A stretch of 60,831 nucleotides of DNA, filler included. It is 4 parts of 4 records of this genome, joined end to end, with 100 filler letters (N's around TTAATTAATTAA, not from the genome) between each part and the next. Parts side by side here need not be neighbours in the genome. Positions count along the whole stretch, not along the records: positions 24,948 to 49,836 come from DRR723986_2416; 3 more parts are not named here. The stretch is one strand, 5' to 3'. The notes beneath the pieces were generated by a model that did no database searches, was not told the origin of the DNA, and was given only the letters and a program-made list of their open reading frames with translations. Shown here in pieces: positions 30,291 through 39,586 of the stretch (its first letter is position 1; every line of letters begins with the position of its first letter). A program made the position numbers and the translations under genes.

Positions 30291-30970
30291 GCCTGCCACT
30301 GCCCCATGTGCTGACGTCTGGCACAATGCTGTGCAAGGCTCGGATCGTGACTCACCAACAACACAGCCGTATTTTGTTGCGCCGCCTGGGCAAGCAACAA
30401 TTCAATGAACTGGGCCTGGTGACCAGCATCCAGCGCAGAAGTGGGTTCATCGGCAATAATCAGATCGGGCTGACCGATCAAGGCGCGGGCAGCGGCCACC
30501 CGCTGCTGCTGACCAACCGACAGAGTGGACACCGCCTGATTCAGGTACTTGCCCATGCCGAGGGAATTCAACAACTGTTCGGCCGCCTGCCTCACCGAAC
30601 CAGCTTGCCCAACAGCGTTGTGTTTGCGGCGCTTTGAAAATTTACAGGGCAAGGTGACGTTCTCCAGTACATTCAAATAAGTCAACAAATTGAATTGCTG
30701 GAACAGAAAACCGATGTGATCCACCCGAAGCGAGTCGCATCGACTGGCTGACAAAGCACTCAAACTTTGCCCCATCAGACGAACCTGGCCGCTTTGAGGC
30801 AACAACACGCCAGCCATCAAATTCAGCAGGGTGCTTTTGCCACTGCCACTGTCTCCTTCCAGAAACACAGTGTCACCAGCTTGCATGGAAAACTCGGGGA
30901 TATTTAATTCAAACCCGCTGCTGGCGTACTTGAATGACAGGTTTTCGCAGTGAAGTACTGCTGACGTCAT
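30287..30970 (-). CDS. ABC transporter ATP-binding protein (ZrgB-like)
   Basis: GDSGSGKST, FQQFNLL.YL, LSVGQQQRVAAARALIG.P, ADEPTSALD. Confidence 0.9.
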   Translation of the reverse strand: MTSAVLHCENLSFKYASSGFELNIPEFSMQAGDTVFLEGDSGSGKSTLLNLMAGVLLPQSGQVRLMGQSLSALSASRCDSLRVDHIGFLFQQFNLLTYLNVLENVTLPCKFSKRRKHNAVGQAGSVRQAAEQLLNSLGMGKYLNQAVSTLSVGQQQRVAAARALIGQPDLIIADEPTSALDAGHQAQFIELLLAQAAQQNTAVLLVSHDPSLAQHCARRQHMGQWQA

Positions 30971-31584
30971 TGCACCACCAATGTGCTCTGCTTGGGAGTG
31001 AGCGTTGCGCCAACCTGTCCCTTGGGGAACAGGGCCTGCACCTCGATTTTTTCGAAACCGGGAAATTGGCGAAACACGCGTACATCAATTGCCTTCAATT
31101 TGCCAGGTTGCTCGCACTCGAATTCATAGGTCGCCCTAAAGTCCGAATGCCCGTCGGCGCTGTCGTGATGCTGGTGATCATCGCCCTGACCATGGGAGTG
31201 GGGATTCAGGATTTCAGAATACAACTTGTGGCTAGTTCGCTTGCACTGTGCCTCGGGCGAGAAGGCGAACAAACCATTGGCCCTCAGCAGGGAAACCACG
31301 CGACGTGCCTTGACGCGTTCCGCATCGGTTTTGGGTGCACGCTCAAAGCCCAGGACATTCTCAAGCGGGGAATACAGACTGATGAACAAGCCATTGCCGT
31401 CCTGAACAATCTCCAACTCCCCTTGACCATGCACATGTGCTGCGTCATTGTGCCTGCTGTTCGCCTTGGCATGGTCGTGCGAATGCCCGTCATTGCCATG
31501 GGCCATGGCCGAGGTAGAGAGCAGTGCCGCCATGGCGAGCGTACCAAACCGGGTGAATAGGGATTGAGCTGCGAACTTTGTCAT
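30967..31584 (-). CDS. DUF2796 / ZrgA-family His-rich periplasmic metal-binding protein
   Basis: Start re-set to MTKFAAQ (RBS AAGGA); signal peptide, AHVHG, GFERAP, His-rich loops, HSDF.A.Y.F.C. Confidence 0.85.
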   Translation of the reverse strand: MTKFAAQSLFTRFGTLAMAALLSTSAMAHGNDGHSHDHAKANSRHNDAAHVHGQGELEIVQDGNGLFISLYSPLENVLGFERAPKTDAERVKARRVVSLLRANGLFAFSPEAQCKRTSHKLYSEILNPHSHGQGDDHQHHDSADGHSDFRATYEFECEQPGKLKAIDVRVFRQFPGFEKIEVQALFPKGQVGATLTPKQSTLVVQ

Positions 31585-31664
31585 GAATGTCCTTTCGTTG
31601 TATTTCATTGTCTCGCCCGATAGACCAGCCACCACCGCAAGAGGTTCCCGGGTCAGTCCAGCCC

Positions 31665-32480
31665 CTAGACGGGACCAAACTCCCGCCAAAAACCCTTGTA
31701 AATAGCCTGCTCTGCATCACCCCGCTTTTCAAGCGGACAAGCCAGGCGAACAATCATTTTGTGCGCCAGCTCATTGTAGGCTTGCCAGAACACCTCCGGT
31801 TTGGCCCCAGGCAAATCCACAAATTCCGACACCTCAATTCGGTCGAAATACTGATCAGCCTCTTCCACCCAACTGGCGGACACCGTGTTGGCCACCTGCA
31901 AGGCCACTTGCTCCGCTCTGGCTGTGTCGGCCTTGAACGGCAAAATAATTTCAATGGTGTACAGGCTGAACTTGCCCAACATCGACAAATGCTTGATGGT
32001 TTGCGTCAATACCAAGGCATTGGGTACAGCAAGCCTGCGCCCGGTGTACTTGCCCGACATGCCGATTTCAAACAATTTGGTGCTGAGCAGATCAATGTCA
32101 ATCACTCGTCCGTTCTGGGTTCCAATCTCGATGTAATCACCAATCCGGAATGGCTTGGACAGCGAAATGTTCACATAGCCCAGCAAACTGAGGACCACCT
32201 CCTTGCCGGTGATGATCAAGGCACCTGCAATGGCCACCACACTGAGAAAAGCACCGGTGATTTGCGAGGCCCACACCGAAATGAGCAGAAAAAATACGGC
32301 CATGCGCACCAGGTTCTTCAAGAACACCAGTTGGGAGCGGGCTTTTTCGGGGTGGTAAGGATGAAGTTTGCGAAGCGACCAGGACAAGGCCCTGTTCACG
32401 AAGAAGCCACTGGCCATCAACCCGAAAGTGATGGCCAGCTTGAACAAGAACAATGCAGTGGGGTTTTTGAGAAATTCCAT
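31665..32480 (-). CDS. Small-conductance mechanosensitive channel (MscS family)
   Basis: Three TM segments, KPFRIGDYIEIG...GRVIDIDLLST, VPN. Confidence 0.88.
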   Translation of the reverse strand: MEFLKNPTALFLFKLAITFGLMASGFFVNRALSWSLRKLHPYHPEKARSQLVFLKNLVRMAVFFLLISVWASQITGAFLSVVAIAGALIITGKEVVLSLLGYVNISLSKPFRIGDYIEIGTQNGRVIDIDLLSTKLFEIGMSGKYTGRRLAVPNALVLTQTIKHLSMLGKFSLYTIEIILPFKADTARAEQVALQVANTVSASWVEEADQYFDRIEVSEFVDLPGAKPEVFWQAYNELAHKMIVRLACPLEKRGDAEQAIYKGFWREFGPV

Positions 32481-32484
32481 CCCC

Positions 32485-35400
32485 TTATGGTAACAGGGGC
32501 AGACCTCCAATCAAGGGCAAACCACCGCCGGACGTGTTGCCCTCTTGGCAGGCATCGGCGTTTTCATAACTTGAATCGATGACTTGATCGATCCACTGAT
32601 TGATCAAAGCCACTGCCTCATCATGCACCACACTGCGTGCCAAGGGCGGCATCTTGGCAGCCAGCTCCACCGCCTCGGGGCCCATGCGATAGGGCACAAT
32701 CGAGTCACTGGACATGGCCGGGTGAATATCGTAAGTGCGGGTTCCCCGCCCTTCCGATCCACTGGCAGTGGGCTTTTTACAAATGCCATAGGTACTGTCC
32801 ACGGCGCGGAACACATCCACATAGAAGCCGGTGTTGGAGGCCTGCCCGTTGACGTTGTGGCAGTGCGCACAGTTCACTTCCAGGTAGGCCCTTGCCCGCG
32901 CCTCGATGTCCCCTTTGGAATTGGCAGGCAAGCCAGAGTCGCCAGGCTTGTTGAATTTTGGAATGTGGTTCACGTTGGTGGCCACTTGACGCTGGTCCAG
33001 CTCAAAGCTGCTTGGGCAACCATTCATCAATCCCGTGTCACACATGAACTTCAACTGGTTTTTGCCATTGACCGGATGCTGCGCCTGCCCGGTGAACAAG
33101 GGCGACTCGTTCACATAGGCGCGGTTCAAATTGCGCGGCTTGGGACCGATGGGTGCAGAACCGGGATCAACATCGTTGTTGCTGTGGCAAATGGCACACT
33201 GACTGGCGTTGGGGAACAAGTACGCGTTGGTGCTGCCCACCTGGCGCTTGCCCGAGTCCACATCCACATAATCCCAATTGGCCGAGGCAGTGCCGCCAAA
33301 CTGCGTCAATACGGCTTTGCGCTTGCCGTTGCCCGCATCTTGCCAAATGTACTCCAGCGCTTCCCAGTAGTTCTGCCCATCGGTGCGTTGGCGCTTGATC
33401 AGCAAACGCGTTTCATAAGGCGTCTCTTTGGCACGCGGCTGATCTACAAATGAGAAAGTTTTGGCAATGATGGTCCCCACCGGGAACTCAATGGTGGAAT
33501 TCACGCGACTGGCCTCGTCCTCCAGGAAGCGGGCCTGCTTGCCTTCCGGAATGAATATCACCCGATGCTTGATGGAGTAATCGCTGAACAGCTTGCTGTT
33601 CAACACATACGGCATGCCCTGCCCGTTCGGTTTGCTGGCCGGGTTCTGGTCATCGGCAAACAGGTTGTACTGAGCCAAATCAGGACAGTTGACTTGTGCA
33701 GCCGCCTGGTTCACCACACCTGCTTTCAGGGGCACTTCACAAAGCGCTTTCACAGCCTCGGCAGCGGGCTCCGGTGCAAACTGCCCACTAGGCTCGAACG
33801 GTTCAAACTCGAAGTCGGGCAAACGCGGCAGGTCAGCGCCAAAGCGCGCCATGCAATCGTGTTTGCTGATGTCGAACTCACTGGGTAACAAGGGAATGCC
33901 TGTGGCAATGGATTGAATGTATTCCAGCGACAAGTTGGCCGTGGGGTCATTGGTATTCAGGTTAATGACTGCATCCAGACCACGGGTGCCGTGAAAGTTT
34001 GCAAAGGCCAGGCTGTCTGATCCAAAATTGTTGTTGGGGTTGATACAGCTGAACCACCAAGCGGGTACCTTGCGCTGCCCATTCGATTCAAACTTGTATT
34101 TGTTATAACGGCAGCTTGGATTGGGGTTTTGGTTGCCCTGTATCGGTTTGCCATCGGCGTCCACAGCCACAGGGTTGCCGTTGCGGTCTTTGGGTAGGTC
34201 ACAGCTGCGGTTCAAGGTGTCGGTGTAGCCATCCCACACAATGTGTGCGCCACGATAACCACCACCGCCCAGGGCGTTTTTCAAGCCCACCACTGCAGGA
34301 AATGCACTGGTGACCTGTCCACCTTGCGTTGCCAAAATGGTCGCAAAATCGGGTTGAGGCAAATCATTGCCATTGTTGATGAAGGTGTTGTCGAAAATGT
34401 TCACAGCTTCCGAATACACGTCCATGCGACGGTCACCGTTCTCACCCAGCAAATCGTAGCTGGTCAAAATAATGCCCGCAGTGCCGTTGTTCTCAAACAC
34501 GTTGTCGTAAATATCGATTTTGTCGTAGGCCAAAGTAATCAGGCCTGAACCGCGCGGCACGTTGGCCACAATCGAGCCGGGCACCGCAAAGTTGTACGTG
34601 TTGTTGTTGCGGGCAATGTTCTTGAATACCCGTGAGCGCGATCCGTACTGGGTCAGGTTGTCCAGGTCGTACACCAGAAAGCCGCCCGAGTTGCATTCGG
34701 CCAGATTCTCTGAATACTCGCCGTCCACCACGTTCTCAATCTCAAAGCCGAACACGTTGAAGGCTGCACGGCTCTTGCGGATTTTCGCAATATTGGTTTG
34801 CCCTACGTAAATGCCGGCATCCGAGGCGCCAATGCTCTCAGTTTCCTCGACCAGAATATTGCGGCTTTCAACCGGGTAAATGCCGTAGCGCCCGGAGGCC
34901 GTGCTCACAGTGTAATCAGGCGAGGTGTTGTCGGTTTCCAGCGGATTGGGGTTGGCTGGGTTGTGGCGTGCGGGGTCAGTACATTGCACCTTCACTTCAT
35001 CGCGGAAGTTGGCTGCTGTAATCGGACGTTCCTCGGGCAACTTTCGACCGCTACTCCAGATCGCACGCACTTTTCTTAATGTGCCGTGGTTCACGCCCTT
35101 GAGCTTGAACGCGTCGCCAGGAGAGTCTCCAATCGTGAGGTTGCGCACGGTCACACCGCGCACGTTCGACGCCAAAAAACCTTCCTGCGAATTGCTGTCC
35201 CGAAACGACAGGAATGTTTCATCCATGCCGCAACCCTCAATGATCACATCCTCTGTGGTCGTGATCTGAATGCCGGTTTTCAAGTCGAAAAAGCCGCAGT
35301 CAAACCGAAGAATATCCTTGGGCTTGAGCTGCACCATGGCCTTCACCATTTCCTCGGTGGCATTGGGCCCGGGCTGAATCAGGAACACTCGTCCGTTGGA

Positions 35401-35535
35401 TTCGGCTGGGTTGATCACCGAGCCACCGCCAGCGGTGTTGGTGGGGTCATCCCCGCCTGACGACAAGCAGGCGCCAAGCACCAAAGTAGACAATGAAAGG
35501 AGTACTGCTTGCAGTGCACGTTTGGAGTGAGCCAC
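32485..35535 (-). CDS. Lipoprotein fusing a parallel beta-helix domain (TIGR03805-like) to a SO2930/HNE_0200-like diheme c-type cytochrome (TIGR03806-like)
   Basis: Likely GTG start with GAGG RBS; lipobox LGAC; YGIYPVES.NILVE, GASDAGIYVGQ beta-helix; LFSDY..K.R, FPVGTIIAKTF, ETRLL; heme motifs CAICH and CAHCH; MPPL.R..VH.EAV.LI..WI. Confidence 0.8.
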   Translation of the reverse strand: MAHSKRALQAVLLSLSTLVLGACLSSGGDDPTNTAGGGSVINPAESNGRVFLIQPGPNATEEMVKAMVQLKPKDILRFDCGFFDLKTGIQITTTEDVIIEGCGMDETFLSFRDSNSQEGFLASNVRGVTVRNLTIGDSPGDAFKLKGVNHGTLRKVRAIWSSGRKLPEERPITAANFRDEVKVQCTDPARHNPANPNPLETDNTSPDYTVSTASGRYGIYPVESRNILVEETESIGASDAGIYVGQTNIAKIRKSRAAFNVFGFEIENVVDGEYSENLAECNSGGFLVYDLDNLTQYGSRSRVFKNIARNNNTYNFAVPGSIVANVPRGSGLITLAYDKIDIYDNVFENNGTAGIILTSYDLLGENGDRRMDVYSEAVNIFDNTFINNGNDLPQPDFATILATQGGQVTSAFPAVVGLKNALGGGGYRGAHIVWDGYTDTLNRSCDLPKDRNGNPVAVDADGKPIQGNQNPNPSCRYNKYKFESNGQRKVPAWWFSCINPNNNFGSDSLAFANFHGTRGLDAVINLNTNDPTANLSLEYIQSIATGIPLLPSEFDISKHDCMARFGADLPRLPDFEFEPFEPSGQFAPEPAAEAVKALCEVPLKAGVVNQAAAQVNCPDLAQYNLFADDQNPASKPNGQGMPYVLNSKLFSDYSIKHRVIFIPEGKQARFLEDEASRVNSTIEFPVGTIIAKTFSFVDQPRAKETPYETRLLIKRQRTDGQNYWEALEYIWQDAGNGKRKAVLTQFGGTASANWDYVDVDSGKRQVGSTNAYLFPNASQCAICHSNNDVDPGSAPIGPKPRNLNRAYVNESPLFTGQAQHPVNGKNQLKFMCDTGLMNGCPSSFELDQRQVATNVNHIPKFNKPGDSGLPANSKGDIEARARAYLEVNCAHCHNVNGQASNTGFYVDVFRAVDSTYGICKKPTASGSEGRGTRTYDIHPAMSSDSIVPYRMGPEAVELAAKMPPLARSVVHDEAVALINQWIDQVIDSSYENADACQEGNTSGGGLPLIGGLPLLP

Positions 35536-35634
35536 GTCCAACCTCGATCTTGTTATATGCATATGAGAAAAAACTGCTTGCCTGTACCTCTTACCAAGCT
35601 AGAATCAGATTGGATTTCGCATTGTGTCGGCTAA

Positions 35635-35663
35635 TTGACACTGCATGCGTGATGATTCATATT
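35635..35663 (+). promoter_or_regulatory. Sigma70-type promoter for fccAB
   Basis: TTGACA-17 bp-CATATT, about 55 bp upstream of the fccA ATG. Confidence 0.55.
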
Positions 35664-35717
35664 CGACCCGTAATCTTGAACCAAGCATTTACTCAAATAA
35701 GAACCGGAGGGACAGCA

Positions 35718-36065
35718 ATGACTGACTTACAACAACGCGCCACACGGCTGCTGATGGCAGCCACGCTGGCTGGCAGCGGCCTGCTATTGGGCACTGGTGC
35801 CATCGCCAGCGAACTGACGCCCGAAAAGAAACTGCAAGCCGCCAGCCTGGCTGCTACCTGCGCCAACTGCCATGGCACGAATGGTCAGGGTGTGGAAGGC
35901 AGCGCCGTCACTGGGCTGGCCAACCTGAGCGTGGAATACATCAAAACCAATATGATCTGGTTTAAAACCGGGCAGCGCCCCGCCACTGTGATGCACCAAC
36001 TTGCCAAGGGTTACACCGACGAGCAAATCGACATCATCGCCAACTACCTCGGCAAGAAAGACTAA
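35718..36065 (+). CDS. fccA: Monoheme cytochrome c subunit of flavocytochrome c sulfide dehydrogenase
   Basis: RBS GGAGG; signal peptide; CANCHGTNG; RPATVMHQLAKGY; directly upstream of fccB. Confidence 0.85.
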   Translation: MTDLQQRATRLLMAATLAGSGLLLGTGAIASELTPEKKLQAASLAATCANCHGTNGQGVEGSAVTGLANLSVEYIKTNMIWFKTGQRPATVMHQLAKGYTDEQIDIIANYLGKKD

Positions 36066-36075
36066 GGAGCGCACC

Positions 36076-37350
36076 ATGCAAAGACGACAATTTTTACAAA
36101 CCAGCGCATTGGCCACCGCATTGTTGGGCGGCATGCCTTTGTCAGCCACAGCAAAAAGTGCCAAAGGCAAAGTGGTGGTGATCGGCGGCGGCTATGGGGG
36201 CGCGACTGCGGCCAAGTACCTGCGCATGCTGTCGGGCAACCAGCTCGACGTGACCTTGGTTGAACCCAATTCCACATTCGTGTCTTGCCCCATGAGTAAC
36301 CTCGTGGTGGGTGGCCTGCGGGATATCAAGCAAATCAGCACACCCTACACTGGCCTGACACGCAACCATGGCGTGAAGATGGTCAAAGATTATGTGACGG
36401 CAATTGACGTTGAAAAACGCACCGTGAAACTCAAAAACGGCAAAACCCTTCCTTATGACAAACTGGTGTTGTCACCGGGCATTGATTTGCAACTGGACAA
36501 GATTGAAGGCCTGGTTGCCGCCAATGCGAGCGGTCAAATTCTGCATGCCTGGAAAGCTGGCCCGGAAACTGTGGGACTGCGAAAGCAGCTGGAAGCCATG
36601 CCCGATGGCGGCACCTACATTTTGAACGTGCCACTCGCTCCCTACCGCTGCCCACCCGGACCCTACGAGCGCGCCAGCATGGTGGCCAACTACTTCAAAC
36701 AGTACAAGCCGAAATCCAAAGTACTGCTGCTGGATGCGAATGCAGACGTAACCTCGAAAGGCAAGTTGTTCAAGGGCGTGTGGGAAAGCGAGTACAAAGG
36801 CATTCTGGAATATCGCCCCAACATGAAAGTCACCGGCGTGGATGGCGCCACAAAAACAGTGCGTTTTGAATTCGAGGAGCCCATCAAAGGCGACGTACTG
36901 AACATTCTGCCTGACCAGCGCGCAGGCAAACTGGCAGTCGATTCCGGCATCGCCAACCTGAACAACCGTTGGGCCGAGGTCAACTACATGACATTCGAAT
37001 CCACCGTTGCGCCCAATGTGCATGTGATCGGCGACTCGGTGCAAGGCGCGCCCCTGATGCCAAAGAGCGGCCACATGGCCAACAGCCAGGCCAAAGTGGT
37101 CGCCGCCGCCATCGTGGCTCAGCTCAGCGGTTGGGAACCCAATGCCACACCGTTGACCAACAACACCTGCTACAGCTACGTCACGACCAAAAACGTGATT
37201 CACGTGGCCAGCGTGCATGTGTACAACGCCGAGAAGAAAACCTTCCTGACCGTTGAAGGTTCGGGTGGTGTATCTGCAGAACCCAATGAACTGGAAGGCA
37301 CCTACGCCTGGAACTGGGCCCAGAACATTTGGGCAGACACGCTGGCGTAA
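36076..37350 (+). CDS. fccB: Flavocytochrome c sulfide dehydrogenase flavoprotein subunit (FccB/SoxF)
   Basis: Tat signal MQRRQFL; GGGYGG; CPMSN; HAWKAG; RCPPGPYER; PKSG..ANSQ; NTCYS. Confidence 0.93.
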   Translation: MQRRQFLQTSALATALLGGMPLSATAKSAKGKVVVIGGGYGGATAAKYLRMLSGNQLDVTLVEPNSTFVSCPMSNLVVGGLRDIKQISTPYTGLTRNHGVKMVKDYVTAIDVEKRTVKLKNGKTLPYDKLVLSPGIDLQLDKIEGLVAANASGQILHAWKAGPETVGLRKQLEAMPDGGTYILNVPLAPYRCPPGPYERASMVANYFKQYKPKSKVLLLDANADVTSKGKLFKGVWESEYKGILEYRPNMKVTGVDGATKTVRFEFEEPIKGDVLNILPDQRAGKLAVDSGIANLNNRWAEVNYMTFESTVAPNVHVIGDSVQGAPLMPKSGHMANSQAKVVAAAIVAQLSGWEPNATPLTNNTCYSYVTTKNVIHVASVHVYNAEKKTFLTVEGSGGVSAEPNELEGTYAWNWAQNIWADTLA

Positions 37351-37356
37351 AATCCC

Positions 37357-37977
37357 TCAGCGCTGCTGAAAACTGGCCCGCATCTGGTTGATTTTGGAAT
37401 CCAGACTGCGGGCTTTTTGTTCCAACTCCCCGGTTTCGCGAAACAGATCAGCTGCGGTGCGCTGAAGCGCCGAAACTGTTTTTTCTGCCTTGCTTCGCTC
37501 ACTGGACGACAAAGCCTTGTTGTCCGCCCTGCTCCGGTTTTGTGCAATTTGCTCGGTCAGTGCTTTGGACTGCTCCCGCTTGTCCTGTAACTGACGCTCC
37601 ACTTCGTTGCGTTCCCGCTGCACGTTGTAAACGAGCTGCCCTTCTTTGTAACCCGCACGTACCTTTGGATAGGTTTTTTCATTGCATTGATCCGGGTAAG
37701 CTGCACCCTTGGAACCCAGATCAAAACCCGTATTCACCGTGCAATAGTTCTTCAGGCCCTGCTCGAAACCCTTGTTGTACTCCTCAAGATTCACCGTCAC
37801 TTTGGCCTCGGCACAGGCTGAGCGGTGCTCGGCAACGCGGGCCTGGGTATAACCTTGTGATGCATCGGTAAAACCAACCTCTCGCCAATTCGCCACCAGG
37901 CATTCCTCCTTGCTCATGGTGGCACACCCGCTGGCGCCAAGAAGTATCAGCACCGCCGACAACAATCTCCCACTCAT
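37357..37977 (-). CDS. DUF2799 family lipoprotein
   Basis: Lipobox ASGC; MSKEEC..ANW...G..D, GL..YC, C-terminal coiled coil. Confidence 0.8.
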   Translation of the reverse strand: MSGRLLSAVLILLGASGCATMSKEECLVANWREVGFTDASQGYTQARVAEHRSACAEAKVTVNLEEYNKGFEQGLKNYCTVNTGFDLGSKGAAYPDQCNEKTYPKVRAGYKEGQLVYNVQRERNEVERQLQDKREQSKALTEQIAQNRSRADNKALSSSERSKAEKTVSALQRTAADLFRETGELEQKARSLDSKINQMRASFQQR

Positions 37978-38226
37978 TACTCACCTCATCTTGTTTTTTT
38001 ATTCATGACAAATCTATACCACGGGCGCCAAACAGCCGTCTGTAGTCTGAGTGGACTAAGCCAACGCAGAGGGCTGGCGGCATGTTTATTGCATTCAACA
38101 TTTCTGCAACAAGTGCTCAATTGCGATGCTTTTCTGCCGTTAATTCAATTGTAGTGAATGCGCATACAAGCGTAATTTAAATAAAACGAGCCAGCACACC
38201 TTAAGCATTTCAAAAGGGGACAACCA

Positions 38227-38997
38227 ATGGCCGCTCAAACACCTGTATCCAGCCACTCCAAATTGGGCGTGGCCGAAGTCGCCAAACTCGCCGCCCGCGA
38301 AGGTTACCTGTTTGGCTTAAGCTTTCTGTTTCGCCAACGCGTAGCGCAATTCGTACCCGAATTCAGCCCAAACTTTCACAACCGCCAGTTGCCTATTGTG
38401 TTCATGGTGCCCGGTTACATGGAAAAACCCGGGTGTTTTGCCACCCTGTATGAAGAACTGCTGTGGAGTGGCGTGCGAGTGGCTTTGTATCAGCCACGTT
38501 ACCTGCTGGCTTCGGTGCACGACATGGCCCAAGATTTTGGACATTACATGGACACGGTTTTGGAACAGGCCGAATGTGATGGGGCCAACACTTATCTTGT
38601 AGGGCATTCCATGGGGGGGCTGATTGTTCGCAAGGCCATGAGCTCCCGCTGGCACAGCCACACCCAGGTGCAACACCTGTTCACACTGGCCTCGCCCAAC
38701 AATGGCACCCGTATGGCTCATCTGGGTGTGGGCGACTGTGCGGTGGACATGCTACCCAACAGCGACTTTCTGAACCAGTTGAACGTGGAAGACGACGCAC
38801 ACCGGCAAAAAATGAGTAGCGTGATTGCCATTCCTGATGCATTGATACTGCACCACCGTTTTGCCCACCTTGAAGGTGCGGCCAATCATGTAATTGACCG
38901 CACAGGGCACATGGCTTTGCTGGATGAACCAAGACTGATTGAACTGTTGAAACGAAAAATGCAGGGACAAAACCCGCATCAATTGTTGGGAGCCTGA
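38227..38997 (+). CDS. Lipase-family alpha/beta hydrolase
   Basis: VGHSMGGL, TLASPNNGT, GHMALL. Confidence 0.85.
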   Translation: MAAQTPVSSHSKLGVAEVAKLAAREGYLFGLSFLFRQRVAQFVPEFSPNFHNRQLPIVFMVPGYMEKPGCFATLYEELLWSGVRVALYQPRYLLASVHDMAQDFGHYMDTVLEQAECDGANTYLVGHSMGGLIVRKAMSSRWHSHTQVQHLFTLASPNNGTRMAHLGVGDCAVDMLPNSDFLNQLNVEDDAHRQKMSSVIAIPDALILHHRFAHLEGAANHVIDRTGHMALLDEPRLIELLKRKMQGQNPHQLLGA

Positions 38998-39010
38998 TTG
39001 GTCAAGGCGA

Positions 39011-39385
39011 TCAGCTGCGCTTGCTGACCGATTTAAAATACAGCTCTGACTGCATTTCCCGCACATGCACGCTGATTTGGGTTTGCAGGCCGTCTGTCTG
39101 CAGACAGGTTCTTTCGAGCACCTTAAGCAACACTTGCCCCAAGTGCTCTTGAACAGAGAACTCGCGACCACTGAGCAACTCGACTGTGGCCGCCACAAAG
39201 GCGTGGTCCCCACTTTCAGCCGCGGCCACACCCATGCGGTAAGAACGCAGACCGTGAATACGGGTCTTGATGTCCGCATCCATGAAAATACCGAGTCCCA
39301 TCAAGGCTTTATTTACCTGGAGCAACACCCAGGACTCGTCCAGGTTGTGAAGATTGTCGCTGTATTCAATCGTAATGTGGGGCAT
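39011..39385 (-). CDS. 5-carboxymethyl-2-hydroxymuconate isomerase-like tautomerase
   Basis: Start re-set to MPHITIEYS (N-terminal catalytic Pro); DIKTR, LLSGR. Confidence 0.85.
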   Translation of the reverse strand: MPHITIEYSDNLHNLDESWVLLQVNKALMGLGIFMDADIKTRIHGLRSYRMGVAAAESGDHAFVAATVELLSGREFSVQEHLGQVLLKVLERTCLQTDGLQTQISVHVREMQSELYFKSVSKRS

Positions 39386-39459
39386 CGGGAAAGCCTGTGT
39401 ATGTGACAAAACCGTGAAAGTTCATGGTTTTGTCTAGTATAAATTACCTACAAAACTGC

Positions 39460-39488
39460 TTGTCGTTCCTAAACCTAAGCGCGAGAAT
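39460..39488 (+). promoter_or_regulatory. Sigma70-type promoter of the sRNA
   Basis: TTGTCG-17 bp-GAGAAT, about 7 nt before the first hairpin. Confidence 0.6.
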
Positions 39489-39494
39489 GTTCAC

Positions 39495-39586
39495 ATTGAG
39501 CGCTGTAACAGTGTTCAACCTCATGTCTCCTCTTCTCCGCAAGCGAGAAAGGTTAAGCCGGCTTCTCACGAAGTCGGCTTTTTTTT
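39495..39586 (+). ncRNA. Candidate trans-acting sRNA resembling the Betaproteobacteria 'toxic small RNA' architecture
   Basis: 5' hairpin TTGAGCGCTG-TAA-CAGTGTTCAA (G-U pairs), single-stranded TGTCTCCTC anti-SD-like motif, terminator AAGCCGGCTTC-TCAC-GAAGTCGGCTT+T run. Confidence 0.7.

Noticed and set aside
31585..31665. Zur box before the ZrgA-like gene
   Set aside because: No convincing palindrome is visible.
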